DNA from: the human T2T-CHM13v2.0 reference genome, Homo sapiens
Direction: 5' to 3' (one strand)
DNA: 64,000 nt
NCBI RefSeq assembly: GCF_009914755.1
Contig: NC_060937.1
This document shows, in pieces, positions 27,220-43,579 of the stretch; the first letter of the stretch is position 1, and each line of letters opens with the position of its first letter. The notes below the pieces were generated by a model. It had not been told where the DNA came from. It did not search any database and saw only the letters and a list, made by a program, of their open reading frames with translations. The translations under genes and the position numbers were made by a program.

Positions 27220-28290
27220 AACTTCTACAAACTCCCTTCACTGCTGACATCTTTCCACCTACATCACTTTGCCAGTAGACTCTACCTTTCTTCCCATTTC
27301 TACCGATGAACTGTCCATGCTCCAATAAGGCCAACTCCTCCTCTTGCAACCTAGACTTCATAATCTCTCATTCAAGGACAATGCTCCAACAATTTACTCA
27401 TCTTTTTCTAACATACCAATTTCTCCCCACTTCATTTCATTATTCTCTCCAGCAAACAAACATACTATTTCTCTCATCTTTAAAAAAAAAAAAACAAAAA
27501 ACCCTTCCCTTGATCCTAATTCCTCTTCAAACTACTAATTCATTTCTTTCCTTCCTTTCATTTTATTATTTTTTTAGAGACAGCATCTGGCTCTGTCACC
27601 CAAGCTGGTGTGCAGCAGCATCACCATAGCTCACTGTAGTCTTGAACTCAGGGGCTCAAGCGATCCTCCTGCCTCAGCCTCCCAAGTAGCTGAGACAACA
27701 GGTGAGAGCCACCATGCCAGGCTAATTAAAAAAAAAACGTTTTAGAGATGGAGTCTCACTATATTGCCCAGGCTAGTCTTGAACCTCCAGCCTCATCCTC
27801 TCTTTCCTTTTATAGCAAACTCCCTTGAAAGAGTTACCTACAATCGCAGTTTCTAATTTCTCTTACTCTCTCTTGAACTCATTCCAATCAGATATTTGTC
27901 CCTACCACTGCACTAAAATTCCCCTTCTTCTTGAGGTCACAGTAGCCTCCACATTACCAAATCCAATGGTCGTTTTACAACTCTGACCTTACTTGATTTC
28001 TCAGCAGACGGGACACAGTTGTCACTCTCTGCTACCTGAAATTCTTTCTTCCTTTGGCTTCCAGGACTTCACCCTTGCTTGGTTTTCCATCTCAGTGTTT
28101 TGTGTTTCCGCCCTTCCTCCTGAGCCCCAAATGTCCGTATGTTCCAGGGCTGTCCTTGAATACATTAACTCTCATATCTACACTTAATTTCAAAGCAATC
28201 TACTCCAGTCATATTGTTTAAATACCATTTACCTACTGGCAATCCCCCAATTTATATTTTCACAGCTCTGACCTGTCTCTGGAATGCATT
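27220..28290 (+). mobile_element. L2 LINE fragment interrupted by an Alu
   Basis: CCAAATCCAATGGTC...CTTACTTGATTTCTCAGCAG...CTTTGGCTTCCAGGAC, sense L2 ORF2 remnant on both sides of the Alu. Confidence 0.7.
27561..27795 (-). mobile_element. AluJ, 5'-truncated
   Basis: GGCTCTGTCACCCAAGCTGG...CATAGCTCACTGTAG...GGCTCAAGCGATCCTCCTGCCTCAGCC. Confidence 0.9.
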
Positions 28291-28768
28291 TTCTGAATGC
28301 TTTAAATAAGACATATTGCTTTTATAATAATAATAAATATATTTTAAAAACATGCTATTTATTCTGGATTTTAAAAAGACCTTATAGACTAAAAATCCTT
28401 TACCAAAAGACCTTTATTCCCATGTATAATTTTTTAAAAAGTTACCAGGTATCAGGACTATAAAGATGAATAAAGAAACTTAAAAATCACCTGTCCTCTC
28501 AACACGTAGAGATAACTACTTTCAGACACATATAAACTCTTTAAAATCTGTAAAAAATGCAGATCTATGCCCATTTGGAACAAAATCATACCTGAGAAAA
28601 AGTTTTTAAATGAATACATAATCTTTTGTATTCTTTCAGATGAATAACTTTTATTTCTGGGTGAGCCTGTAATTTTATAGAATCATTAGTTTAACATGAT
28701 TTACTTTTATTAAGTTGGTCTTTTTTCAAAACAACAGATTGGCTACAGCTAAGATAGAAAAGGGCTAA

Positions 28769-29790
<1,022 letters not shown>

Positions 29791-30059
29791 AGAAAAGTGC
29801 TAAAAAGTAATACCATGGTATATCTGCAAAGATCTTTAAAAAAAACCCCAACAACTTCATTTTGATTATTTCAAATGTACTCTCTACATTTAAAGTTAGT
29901 TAAAAAATGGCACAACAAATTATAAAGCTGAAAAAGACATGCCATTTAAAATATGGGAGTAGATTAGGGATATTTTAATAAAATGGTGACTCATCTCTCT
30001 TATTGTTAAACAATCAAGGGAGAAGGAATAATAAAGAACTTGCTCAATTAACAATCTGG

Positions 30060-30250
30060 TTAAAAATGGCTCTGGCAACAGACTGGGTTGCCAGTTGTGT
30101 GAGCCTGGGAAAATCTGAGTCTTCATTTATTTGTAAACAGAAGATAATGCTGTGCTGGCTCTCATCTTAACATTGTTGTGATTAAGTGAGATAATATACG
30201 TAAATATCCTAGCAGAGTATCAGGCCTTTTCAACAAATGTTGGCTATTAC
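30060..30250 (+). mobile_element. MIR SINE
   Basis: GGCTCTGGCAACAGACTGGGTT...TTGTGATTAAGTGAGATAATATACGTAAA. Confidence 0.65.
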
Positions 30251-30949
30251 TGCCTTTGTATTAATTTCTTAAACTGTTTTACTACCTCCTTTTTCAGAAC
30301 AGGTTTATTCACAAAAGCTATTCAAATAAACAAGTTAAAAAAAATTCACAGAGCTCTGAGTTCAGCTTGAAAGTTTTTAAGCAACACAATTTATTATACA
30401 GAACAAAACAATACTTTGAGATGAGTTTCTTCTGTCAAAAAGACAAAAACACTCAGAGGATGTAACTGAATGACTATAATGCACCCTGGCCAAGAAGCGA
30501 GGCTTTACCTTGCTCTTTAAAGTACATGCAAGTGAGCACTGTTCTTGTCATTTTAATATAGACTTTCCACCCTTAAATTGACTTTATGAAATAGTTAGAT
30601 AATTGTTGTGTACTTTTAAGTCACTTTGCCAGTGTTCTTGAACCGTGAAAGTAATTAAGTACTGAACTCATAAAATACACTCCCCAAGGTCCAAGTTTAA
30701 GTGAGCATAGTGATTTGTTTCCTAACAATGGAGCCCAACCACATTTAAAAACTCCTTTGTACTGGACAGTCCTTGAAGCTTGGAGTGGCTTTCTTATCCA
30801 CAGCCCTTCTGAGCATCCTGCAGCTAACAGCAGGTTTTTTTTTCCCTATAATCTACTACCACCATCCCCACAACTGTCATGATCAAGAACTATTTATCTC
30901 CATTTCTACCACACCATTCTCACTGACTCAATGACTTCTTTTGTTATTA

Positions 30950-31085
30950 CCACAATGATGCTATTGCTCTTGCTACCATCACCATTACCACACCACCACC
31001 ACCTCTCTTACTACCACTATCAGTACCATCGTTGCCACCACCACCATCACCACCACTACCCCCTCTCTTACCAACACCACTAATG
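30950..31085. repeat. Degenerate (CAC/CTAC)n low-complexity tract
   Basis: Repeated CACCACCACC and CTACCAC motifs. Confidence 0.7.
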
Positions 31086-32313
31086 ATGAGCTAGAAGTAA
31101 ACTAAGTCTTTTACTTGAATTACTTCATTTAGTCCTCAGAACAATTCAAGATATGCTATATCCATTATATCGATGAGGAAATCAAGGCCCAGAGAACTTA
31201 ATAATTTTTGGCCTATGTTCCTATATTAGGTGAATGGGAAAGCCAGAATTCAGATCAAAGTTTGAATAACTCCAAGGCACATGTTTCCATGGCTTAGCAT
31301 ATCATTTGGCACAGAGTTAACACTAAAAAAAAATTGTTGCACGAATAAATAAAAGTTGTCATCCTTTGGGTAACATGGCTCAATGGACAAAGGATGGTAT
31401 CTGATCCACAGGCAGTGTGAACTTGGCATGAGGCAACCTGGCAGAAGAATGCCTTATGAGACATTCTATACTAGACATTATCCAACTCACCCTATAAGCT
31501 CCTCTCTTGGGACAATAAAACACAAAGAGAAGGTTACAAATAGAATAGGACCACTGAAATCAAGGACCAGAGAGAAGACAATATGTTAGAACAACAAAGT
31601 CAAGAAAAGCATGTAAATATTAGCCAAAAAGGTAACAGCATTATATCCAGCTGGTAATGACAAGAGAAACAGAGAGGCAGAAAGAGGCAGAAGATACATC
31701 ATTAGGATGACACTGCACTCTTGGGGCAATGGCAATATCCTGAACAACCTTCTAGTTCTCCAAGTGGTTGGCTAGGTAGCTGCAGACATGGTCTTTCAAA
31801 CTTTTTGTCTGGCTTCTCTTTCTCAAATAAAGCAGTGGTCCTTTTCTCAGGAAACAAGAGACTCATCTGTCTGTTCAAGTCAGTAACTCAAGAGCCATAT
31901 GTTTTATTCCCCATAAACAATCACATACCATGTTCTGTATTTTCTCTCTATTCCCACTGGTTGAACTTTGGCCTAAGCTACCACTATCTCTTATCTGGAT
32001 TACAGCAATTCCCTCTGACCTAGTCTCCAGCCATCGACTCGGGCCCCCTCAATCCATTCTCCATATAGCTGGCTCCCACACATATCTTATGCACCTAGCT
32101 CAGATTTATTCAGCTCTCACTTAAATACCACTTCTTTGGGGGAGGCTCACCTTCAGAGTAGGTTGATCTTCCTGTTATTGACTTGTCATCCCCCATTTTA
32201 CTTTCTTAAAACTACCACACTTACAGTTACTTGTTCACTTTAATAAGTCTTCCCTTGTAGATGGCAGTCTCCATGAAAACAATCCTGTGTCTGTTTTGTT
32301 TAATACTATGCAC

Positions 32314-32650
32314 CAGAGGCAACCTTTTTGGCACCAGGGACTGGTTTCATGGAAGACAATTTTTCCACAGGGGTGAGGGGGAAGGATAGTTTCAGGATGA
32401 AACCATTCCACTTCATATCATCAGGCATTAGTTAGATTTTCATAAAGAATACACAACTATATATCTCGCATGCGCAGTTCACAATAGAGTTCGTGCTCCT
32501 ATGAGAATCTAATGCTGCCGCTGATCTGACAGGAGGCGGAGCTCAGTGGGTAATGCTTGCTTGCCTGCTGCTCACCTCCTGATGTGCCACCCAGTTCCTA
32601 ACATGCTGCTAACCAGTACCTATCTGTGGCCTGGGGGTTGTGGACCCCTG
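32314..32650 (-). mobile_element. MER1B hAT-Charlie element inserted in an L2 3' end
   Basis: AACCTTTTTGGCACCAGGGACTGGTTTCATGGAAGACAATTTTTCCAC...CTGATCTGACAGGAGGCGGAGCTCAG...GGACCCCTG. Confidence 0.9.
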
Positions 32651-32737
32651 TACACCAAGTACAGTGCTACAGTGCCTGGCACATAAGAAGTGAAACATAT
32701 TTGCTCAACAAATACATCATCTGTAGTAATCTGAAGG

Positions 32738-32855
32738 TTTTTTTTTTTTTTTATGAGATGGTGTTTCACTATTTTCCCCAGGCCCGTCTTAAGCAATCCT
32801 CCCACTTCAGCCTCTGGAGTAGCTGGGACTAAAAGCATGTGCTGCCACATCTGGC
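32738..32855 (-). mobile_element. FLAM/Alu monomer
   Basis: Poly-T, then GAGATGGTGTTTCACTA...AAGCAATCCTCCCACTTCAGCC...GTAGCTGGGACTA. Confidence 0.75.
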
Positions 32856-33174
32856 ACAGTCTGTTTTTTGAAACCTAAAAAACTCTCAATAAATGATCTC
32901 AAATGTGTCTGTAAACATCTTACAATTAAAAGAACTAAAATTTAGTCCACCTCCACTGAGGACTGACATTATGCAGGCACCGTGCAGAGTGATCTGGGAT
33001 GGGGAAGTAGTATTCAAAGGGAAGTTCTGAACAATTTAAGCAGTGGAATGACTGGATAAGATCTGTTTTAGGAAGAAAAATTTGGCAGCAGTGTGGGGGA
33101 CTAAAGTGAGTTAATATTTGAGGAAGGGGAGCTGTTGGGGAGCTATTAAATTACTATAGGTAAGAAGCTTTTTT

Positions 33175-33430
33175 GATGGCAGAGACAGCCACCTACATGG
33201 CCACGTAACCTAGTTCTGGCTACTAAAGCTTAAAAAAGAAAGTCTGTTAAAGGACTTCCAAGAAAAATTCCCCTTCATAAAAACAGGCACTGAAAAGAAG
33301 AGGGCCTGTCCCAAGATCCATATGTCTTTGGACATAGCTGTGTGTGGATGTGATGCCAGTTATTCTGTAAGCATGAGTTGCTGAGCCATGGATAACAGCC
33401 ATGGAGAGCAAAAAGGAAAATTAAGAGTCT
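33175..33430 (+). mobile_element. ERVL-class LTR fragment (LTR16/LTR33-like)
   Basis: GGCCACGTAACCTAGTTCTGGC...GTGTGGATGTGATGCC. Confidence 0.45.
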
Positions 33431-33436
33431 GAATCA

Positions 33437-34040
<604 letters not shown>

Positions 34041-35684
34041 GTTAGAAATAAGTTTTAATGATCAGAAAACAAATTTCAGGATGTTAAACCTCAGTTTATA
34101 ACTTTACCTTTTTTTTGTCCCCCCTTCCTCTAATAAGATGCCACATCCTCAACTTTACCTTCACAATGCTTCTTCCATCCATCCTGTCTATATCAGTTAG
34201 GATGTTCCCAAAAGTGGCAGATTGCTTATTACAAGGTGTATTTATTGTCTCACTTAACAAGAAATCCTAAGTTTTGGCTTTTTGATATGGCTAACTGGGC
34301 CCTGAGGGAGCTGGCTGGGGGTGTGGAGAGTGTGCAACTTCATTTTCTAGTGTGAATCATACAGCTCAATTTTATAAGAAAATTGTTTTTGAGAACAAAA
34401 ATAAGTATTCTACCTGTCCAAAAAAACCAAAAAAGTCACCAGTCCATATTCTCCCTCTCCCAAGAACAATAAGGGAGCAGGGAGAAGAATGAAAAGGGGC
34501 AGTACTGACGTAGTTTTTCTCTTTTAACCAGCTTCTCATGAATTGAGATGCTTATTATAAGCTAGCAAGTAGGATAGACCGTATTTTCCCCATTTATCTA
34601 TCTAGATGCAGCATATGGTTGTACTCCTCTCTTTCGTTCATCTAATATTTGTTACCATTTATGATGTAACCATCTATTATCTAGATGGTAATGAGAGCAC
34701 ATCATTATCTCTGCCCTCCAAGAATAATTCAGAATTCACCTCAAGAAGACAGCACAAATTATCTGCTTTGCAAAGTTCCCAGCACATGGTAGACGATCAA
34801 ATATTTGTTTAATGCATCTGTTCTGTAGCAGTACATTTTTTAGAGGGTTCTAAAGAAAACTTGTGAAGATAAAAGCTTCAGGATATGGCATCTGATTAGA
34901 GGAGGGGATGAGGAAAGAGATGACTAGAAGGCATAATTTTAAGCTTTGAAAGTTCCTTATAGACACATAACACGCAAGCCTCTATTTCTTCCATAACATC
35001 CTTGACAAGCAACAATCCTTTTGCTTCAATATTACAACTTGTAAGAAAGTCATGCTGTCCTAAGAGAGGTCAGTCTATCACTGTACAGTCCTGACCATTA
35101 TAATGTTCTTTAGAGTAAAAAAAAAAAATCTGTTCCCCTGTTCAGAGGGGAGAGGAAATTTCCATAGTTTGTCCCAATTATAGCACTTGAAGAAAGTGGT
35201 TGTGGTTTAATGGAATTAACAGTGACCTGGTGACACAAGACCAGGTGTAACTTTGAACAGGGCACACAATCTTGCTGAGATTCATTTTTTTCTTTCTCTA
35301 AGATGAGGATAATCTTCACTTGCCACATTTATTGTGAGATTACGTAAGTGAAAGTACACAGTGCCTGCTTGCAGATAAAACATTTTTTTTAAGGTATGCA
35401 AGAAGATAATGATACTACTGAGCACTTCTAAGGATAATCCTTTACGGAGAGATGAAAGTTAAAAAAATTTTAAAGTGGGCATACCACATTAATGTTAAAT
35501 ACATTTAAAGTCTTAATGCACAAAAATGTCACTTAACAGACAACTGCAGCTACATATTACAAGCAGTTGGTTATGGACATGCTCATCTTTTGATGACTAT
35601 TTTTAAGTTAAAATGCATTAATATTCATGATTCTGCCTTTCTTACATTTACAGGAATAATGCTGCGCTTGTATATCCAAGAAAC

Positions 35685-35981
<297 letters not shown>

Positions 35982-36029
35982 CCAGGAAACATTTTTAAAA
36001 AAAGAGATAACAAAGAAGAAGTATCAGCA

Positions 36030-36290
36030 ACAAAAATACAGGTACCTCTCATGGAGACATGCTCTGTGCCAGGCAATACACTAAACCCTTCATATGCTGA
36101 ATAGCTCCTAGTGCTTGGAAACCCTTTTGAAGTAGACATTATTATCACCTCCATTTTACAAATATGAAACTGAATGTAAGACGGCTTAAATAACTCAAAA
36201 AAAGATCATATTATAAGCAGCTGAGGCTGGATTTGAAATCTGTTCTTTGATGTTAGACTCCCTTTATTTGCTCCCTTAATACATATAATG
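36030..36290 (-). mobile_element. MIR SINE
   Basis: CTCTGTGCCAGGCA...ATTATTATCACCTCCATTTTACAAATATGAAACTGA. Confidence 0.65.
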
Positions 36291-36376
36291 GGTGGGTCTG
36301 ACACAATTACTGTGTTTAAAATATATCACTCATTAAATTCTGCTTTAAATGAGATTATCTATCAACAAGGGAATAC

Positions 36377-36449
36377 CTGACTCTGGTAGCATACATTATT
36401 ACGTCAGCACTCTTTTGTGATGATTCTGTAACTACAATGACAGATGGAC
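36377..36449 (-). CDS. Probable internal exon (73 nt) of an unidentified minus-strand gene; only open frame is (G)PSVIVVTESSQKSADVIMYATRV(R/S)
   Basis: Strong polypyrimidine acceptor tttttattcttactacttttttttttaatAG, donor CAG|GTATTC, non-repeat sequence, other two frames contain stops; could instead be a UTR exon. Confidence 0.45.
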
Positions 36450-37307
36450 CTATTAAAAAAAAAAGTAGTAAGAATAAAAAAATCTCACTTAATTTTTTAA
36501 AAATTTCATGTACTGTGTTAACTATCATAAAATGCAACAGAAACAAAGAACAGTATAGTGTCAAGCGTGTACATACTGTCTTAAAAACAGTGACAAAATA
36601 TATTCAAAAGATCTGCAATGCAGCAGTCCAGGAGGGTTGACATTAGAAAAAAATTATTAAACCCAGTAAGTTAACGAAACCTTAGAACTACTCCGAGTTT
36701 GGGAAGGAATTAAAAAATAATTAAAATGTTAAGAATTTATAAAACAGCAGTTAAATTTTTAAATAAGAATAGTATCTATACATACCGATTAAGCTTTAAG
36801 TACTTTTTCCGTACTTTAAGTATTTTGAAGTATCTTCTCAGGGGCCTACTTGACAGTGTGCAGATGGGGTGGCCATCAGCCAACTAGTCACCTTCAGTGC
36901 CATCCAGTGATCCATGGTGGCAGGAACTTCTGGTCTCTGTTGCTTCCTCTACTTTCAAGTCTTGCATTAATTTGCCACCCAACAGCCCACTCTTCCTGGT
37001 CCAACCAAGGCCAGTGTGTACAGTCTGACCACTCACTCAGACCATTTGGGATAAGTCTTACTTTCTAGCCACATGTCTCCTATTCGGTTACAAATGATTA
37101 TACAATACAAATATTGTATTTAAAGAACTTTTAAAAGCTCCATAAATGATTAGGTTTTGTTTTCAGTTATCTATGCAAAATACTGGTTGGCTTTCCCATA
37201 TAACTGGAAATCCACCTCAACATTGTTAGGTGGCAACCAAGAAAATTATAGGTATAGGAGGATAAATCTTCTGAAATGCTACCCTTGGAGTTCCATTCTA
37301 CCCCACT

Positions 37308-37390
37308 CAAAAAACAAACAAAAAAACCACAAGCCAAACCAAACCAAAACCAAACCAAACAAAAAAAAACAAAGAAAAAGAAAAAAGAGA
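37308..37390. repeat. A-rich (CAAA/CCAAA)n simple repeat
   Basis: AAACCAAACCAAAACCAAACCAAAC... Confidence 0.8.
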
Positions 37391-39229
37391 CAGAGAGACT
37401 ATTAAAATGGACAATCTTATTTGTCATTAGTTGTACTGAACTTATTTCTAATCACCTATACAGAAATCACTAAACATACAACCTGTAATTTTAACAATAC
37501 AATGACAGAAAAATTAACAATGACTGAGCTGCTACTGTATATATTAGGCACTAGCCAGGTCCTTTTACATTATTTATTCCGTTTCAGACTTATCACAACC
37601 TCTCATGGTTGGAATTGTTATTCCAGTTTTACAGGTGAGGAAAAACAGTCTTAAAGGCACAAGGTCAGATCCTTGGCCACCTCCCTGATGCCACGCTGCT
37701 GGTGGTGAGGAAAAAGCTCAGACTTAACTTTCCTTCCTTTAAAAAGAATATCACAGAACATAAACCACCCTAATAAGGTCCTAAACATTTAGAGGAATTA
37801 CTATGGAAAGTTCTTGTCATTACAAAGCTAAATTCTTCTTGTTCTGAAGTCTCCCTGAATAGCTCAGAAAGAAAATCAGATGTTTAGCATTTGAGAATCC
37901 ATTCAAATTTTCAGAAACAGCAATAGTGTTTTAATCAAGGCAAATCATTATAAATTATAAACACCAGAATGTTACCGGTCTAAATGAAACACACTCCCTG
38001 ATCCTACTCATAGCTACTAAATATAAAGAACTTAATGAATTAGGTTAATGTGCCTGTTAAGATGATACAAGGTAGAAAGGGGACCCCCAAAAGCAAGTTT
38101 CCAAAGTCAAATTGTTATGTCTTCTAATAATAGACCTTATAAAGAAACATTAATATTAACACATGTACTATACAACATATATAATTGAGACATTTTCAAT
38201 AGTGGAATGTTGAAAAAGGAAAAATGTAATATTTCTTTTTTTTAAGTAACTGTCATTTGTTAAATCCTTTTGGTAGGCTGTATTCCAAGAAGGTAATATT
38301 TTGAACTGGTTTTCAATCATCACAAAGGTTGGAGAATATCTTTCTGTATATTTTATTAAGGCTTTTGAGAGATGTACTAGATACTTCAAATTCATATATT
38401 TTAGTGACAATGCCACCTCAAAATGTAGCCCCCCCCACCTAACTGATAACTTAAAGAAAATGTATTCATAATATAACCTGAAAATAAACACAATATAATG
38501 ATGACTGATAGTCCATTTCTTTCCCTGAGATTTAGCTCATGGTATGCCTCTGATAAGGAACTGCATTTTTCTAAATAGCACTCAATTTTCTTTAGCAAAA
38601 AAACAAAACAAAACAAAACAGTAGGCTGCTCTTTTTCTTCTGACATACCATATAAAGCCTTCCTTCCAGAATATTTTTTCCTTTGAAAGTAAGCCATAAA
38701 ATAAAATGTCGTGCTTGAAAATCAATATATTAGTGAATGGAGACAAACGTATTTGTGTGATTTGAGTTCAATTGTAGCACATATAATGAAGAGAGCCACA
38801 TTTTTACTTAGTGAAGATATCTATCAAATACAATACTAACATTAGTTCTGTTTCCTATTTCTAGGTAAAATTTTAGTTAACAAATAAAACACTGTGATTT
38901 AATGAAGAATGGATTAATTTGAAAGCTATGACACTTAAAACTTATGGAGAGAGGTTGGCTCTAAGCAAAAAGGTGAATTAAATGAAGCCTGCCTTTGGAT
39001 GTTGTTTTCCTTGGTGGTGACATTCCATTAGGCCATGAGCAGCTATTGGAGAACACATTCCAGGCAATGGGTTCTCTCACGCTGCTCATGGCCTATCTAC
39101 TAAAGATATTCCTTCATGTGAAGTACCCTGCAACCTGAATTTGTGTCTATACCTCTCCTTCTTGGTGTTGGAGAAAGCTCTTTAAAGAGCCATGCTTTCT
39201 GGCTGTTACTGTCTTCTTTTTCCTCTCTG

Positions 39230-39470
39230 AATAAAGAAATGACAGATGGCACTCTAGCGGTGAAATTGGACTGAGCGGCAGACTTGGGAATTACAAGCTA
39301 AAGGATAAAGAGGGTAAGCATTAAGACAGAGGGAACCCAAGTCTGTGATGACATTGTGGAACCTCCATACAAGCATCAGACTAGCTTTGAATTTCTCCAT
39401 TTAAATGAAGTATAAAAGTCAATGATAACTTGAGGGTTCTCTCCTATGCACTTGAACTTAATCCTAAACA
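39230..39470 (+). mobile_element. ERVL LTR 3' fragment (LTR16/33-like)
   Basis: GTCTGTGATGACATTGTGGAACCTCCATACAAGC...GAACTTAATCCTAA. Confidence 0.5.
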
Positions 39471-39511
39471 ATTGAGGAGGAGAAACTGGATAGTTGGGAA
39501 GGGGAAAGTGT

Positions 39512-39813
39512 ATAGCTGGAGGACAATGGGCTATGTTCTGAGAAATGCGTCACTGTGATTTTGCTGTCATGGGAACATTATAGACTATACTTACATAATC
39601 GATATAGCCTATATACACCTAGGCTATACCGTAACACGATTGTAAATATTTGTGTATCTAAGTGTATCTAAACACAGAAAAGGTATAGTAAAAATACAAT
39701 ATAAAGATAAAAATGGTACACCTGTATAGGGCAGCTCCATTATAATCTTATTGGGCCACCACTGTATATTGGGTCTGTCATTGACCTAAATATCATTATG
39801 TGGTACATGACTA
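39512..39813 (-). mobile_element. Tigger3-family element
   Basis: GTTCTGAGAAATGCGTC...AAATATTTGTGTATCTAAG...AAAATGGTACACCTGTATAGGGCA...GTACATGACTA. Confidence 0.8.
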
Positions 39814-41844
39814 TATTTTTTCAAAATCTGAATTTTGAACCATATATATTTATTACTTAGTCCAAAACTAAATTCTAAAAACTGTAAAAACACTATGCTC
39901 AAAATATTAGAAATTGTTATTAAATGAAAATTTTTTTATTTTGTAAAAAAAGTTCTTAAAAATTGAACATAAAATATTTATTTTAATAAACATGGGCAAT
40001 GTGATATGTCATAATCATTTCTTCTGTAAAACCGAGAATTTTATCAGGACAGGAAACATTGTGATCACCTTTGCAACTAGAACATCCAGTCAGTATTCTG
40101 CATGTGGCTGGTGCTTGTAAATGATGGTCGAACAAATAAAATGCCGTAAAATATATCCCCATTCCAAAGAGCTGTCCTCTGTATGTGCCTGACAGTTATC
40201 TATAAAACTGAATATATGAGGAAGATTTTAGGCAAACACAGAAGAAAAAAAATTAGAATTTTTGAGAAGAAGCTTAGCAGAACACAGTTATTGGTAGTTA
40301 TGTAAGCTAGTAAGCAAACATTATAAGTCCATTTATTTATCTGCCCCAATAACTCATTTTCCTCTGCAAGTATTCACTGACTATCTGGCATATGTAATAA
40401 TCCCCAAGTGAAAGTTTAAAAGTATATATGTAGGGTGGGGTGGAGGCTGCTGTTAAAGGAGCACTGTAGGAATTTAGCCTAATTTCCATGATTTTTATTT
40501 TTCTAATATTTGTATTCTATTAAAACAATCCAAAAGAATACAACTGACTAAATGCACACTTGGCTAAATTTTCATACTGTAAAATTCCACAAATAACTTG
40601 CTAACCATTACACAAATCAAGAATTTTGATTTATAGTTTACATATATAACACATATTTTTTGGGTAGTTCTATTATAAAAATCACCCATCTTCCCAAAAT
40701 GGATTGTTAACAATTATAACCAGCTGATATGAAAATTTGATTAGAACAGCTCAAATGGAATTGGCAAGTAAGGGCTTTTTACCGAGCAAATGCATAAAAC
40801 TTTCAGAAGATTGATAGGGATATGTAACTTAATTTGTCGGTTTCATTTTTCATGTCTTGGTAATAAATGTTATTTTGATAAATAAAGATGATTTTATTGC
40901 ATTTATTGCACTGGGATTTTTATACAACCATGGTTCTTCAAGTAATATAAGAGGAAGAACCGTATTTCAGTACTCAAGCTGTTAACTCATGTTTTTTTTA
41001 AAGTTATTTGTCAATGTCTCTTCATCTGCATAAGAACTAGGTGAATTGACGGTGTGAGTTTCTCTATGTTCTAAATCATAAAAAATCCCAAGGAAAAGAA
41101 ATGAGTGTAATAGCCCTATAAATAGTTGTGGATTGTCACTAATTCTACTTTATTTGCCTTTCACCAGTGACTTAGGATACTTTTCATTTTATGTTCATCT
41201 GACAAAATAATGGCAACGACAGTGGGCAAGAGGTTGTACCATACAACCTCTTGGAACAAAATGTGGGTGGATCTGAGTTTGTCCCATTTGGCACCAATCC
41301 AGCCATGACAGTAGGTAAAAGAGGGAAGGAATTCCAGTCCCACTGGGTTGCTTGTGTCCAGAAGAACAAGAGCAAAACTAATCAAGGCAGATAGAGGGAG
41401 TTTTGAAAGCAGCTTCTGGGCACCACCAAAGTAATGGTCAGAGTGGTACTGGCTGCTTGTGCTCTTTCAGAAGCTGGGCTTTACCTGCCAGCAAAAGCAA
41501 GATAAAAGCTTTTGAATAAAGATATAACCATATGAAGCAGCTTTTACACTTTATATAAAACTGCTGTCAAAACATTGTCCATAAAACATCTAATTATCCC
41601 TGTCAAAGGTTCTGCATTCAAAGCCCTTAGGAATTCAAAGCCACAAAAAAAGCTTGCCACTCTTCAAGAATCGGTATACGTCCTCATAGAAGGAAATAAT
41701 AATGATTTAACCTACAGAGGTCCTTAGGAAACATTTTTCAAAAAGAGTCTGAGAGCCTTACGACATGGCCTTTATTGATTTTTCCCTTTGGTAGGGTTCA
41801 AAGGAATTAATAAAATATGATTATTACTTGTGAACAGGTAATGT

Positions 41845-42486
41845 ATCCTGGTTATGGTGGACTGACATTCAACATCCATTTTTAACCATCTACTAGAGTG
41901 TCTTCCTGTACTGCAGTGGCTAGAAGCTAAAAACCACATCAGAGACCCCATGCAGTTTGGATGTGATTTGGTTTGGCCAATCTTCAAATTGCTCACGGTT
42001 AGGATGTTGGAAGTAAGGTGGAGGCCACGTTTTTGTGGGGTTTCTTGCAAGTGTGACTGTGGAAGCATTTGGTTTTCTCTCATAGCACCAGCAACCATCC
42101 TTGTATCTAGTCACTAGCTGTGTAGTACTAAAAGGCAGAAAGATAGCTCTCTGTTATGCTGGTGTGGATTGTAACAGGCACTGCAAGGTTCTGTGTCTGG
42201 CAGTAACAGTGGTGGCTTCCTGATCATGGGGACTTCCTGTTAGGGAGTGGCAGTGAGGTTCTGGAGCCAGCAGCTTCCCAATTCAGCAGGCAGTTTCTGT
42301 ATCATAGAGCGGGGAGCAAATGCCATGGTAGCCTGTGTTAGGGCTTCACATGTAGCTCATCAAAGCTTGATCTAAATTGTTTCTTCAGTCCTCCTAATGA
42401 CCCCGAATCCACTTACAATGTCATGATTAAATACTTCACTGCTTAAACTGGATTCTAGTCTCTGAGCCAGAACCCTGACCTATACA
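41845..42486 (+). mobile_element. LTR33-like ERVL solo LTR
   Basis: GGCTAGAAGCTAAAAACCACAT...; 3' end CTGCTTAAACTGGATTCT...AGAACCCTGACCTATACA. Confidence 0.65.
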
Positions 42487-43090
42487 GCATGCCAGCACAT
42501 ACATACCCCTTCCAAGAAATGGATTTCCTATTTGGTAGTGATGAGGAAGAGGTTCTAAAACTCTATAGGAAAAATAACTCTCCAGAATAATGTTCAGGGA
42601 CTAATGGGTGTGAACTCTTTCCCCCACTCTGAATGCAGATGTGTTCTTGGTGACACTGAGATATATTCCAGGACCAGGAGAGCTCAATGTTTAAAATATT
42701 CACTTGAGCCAAGGTGTCCAGATTGTTAGTGTACTTCTAGAATGTAAACCCTAAGACAGTAGTACAGTAAGAACTAAGCTTCTTAGAGTCAGTGAGACCC
42801 TATTTTCCAGCAACAGTGTGTCCTGGTAGCTGCAGGTGCCCATTCATTTCTAGAGGCAATGGATTCTGAGACATGCTACATCTGCTCCTGCTACGCATCC
42901 ATCCAACTTTCCATAAGATGTTATACCCCTGGCTAATTAAAGTGGAAACCTAATTTAACTATATATTGTGTGTGTGTGTGTATATGTGTGCGTGTGTGGT
43001 CTTTCCCCACCAATCTATAGCTCACTTGAAGTATTCAAGTCTCCTGGTAAAAGTCTGTTTTGTCGTACACTGTCTAAAGATTCTTTGTTA

Positions 43091-43432
<342 letters not shown>

Positions 43433-43579
43433 CTATCTATCTGTTCACCTCAATGTGTTAAAAGTTAAAAAAAAAAAAAAAAAAGAATATGATTGGCTGT
43501 CACTATGGGCCCTCAGTTTTTGTGATAAAGGGATAGTTCTCTATTATACACTGTGAGGGGCTTTACCAGCAAGTGTGGG

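Noticed and set aside
39243-39262. Second CTCF-like motif GGCACTCTAGCGG
   Set aside because: It has two mismatches at informative core positions, which is not enough to call.
41231-41250. AGGTTGTA/TACAACCT similarity to let-7 arms
   Set aside because: There is no let-7 seed (TGAGGTAG), and the stem is far too short for a pre-miRNA.
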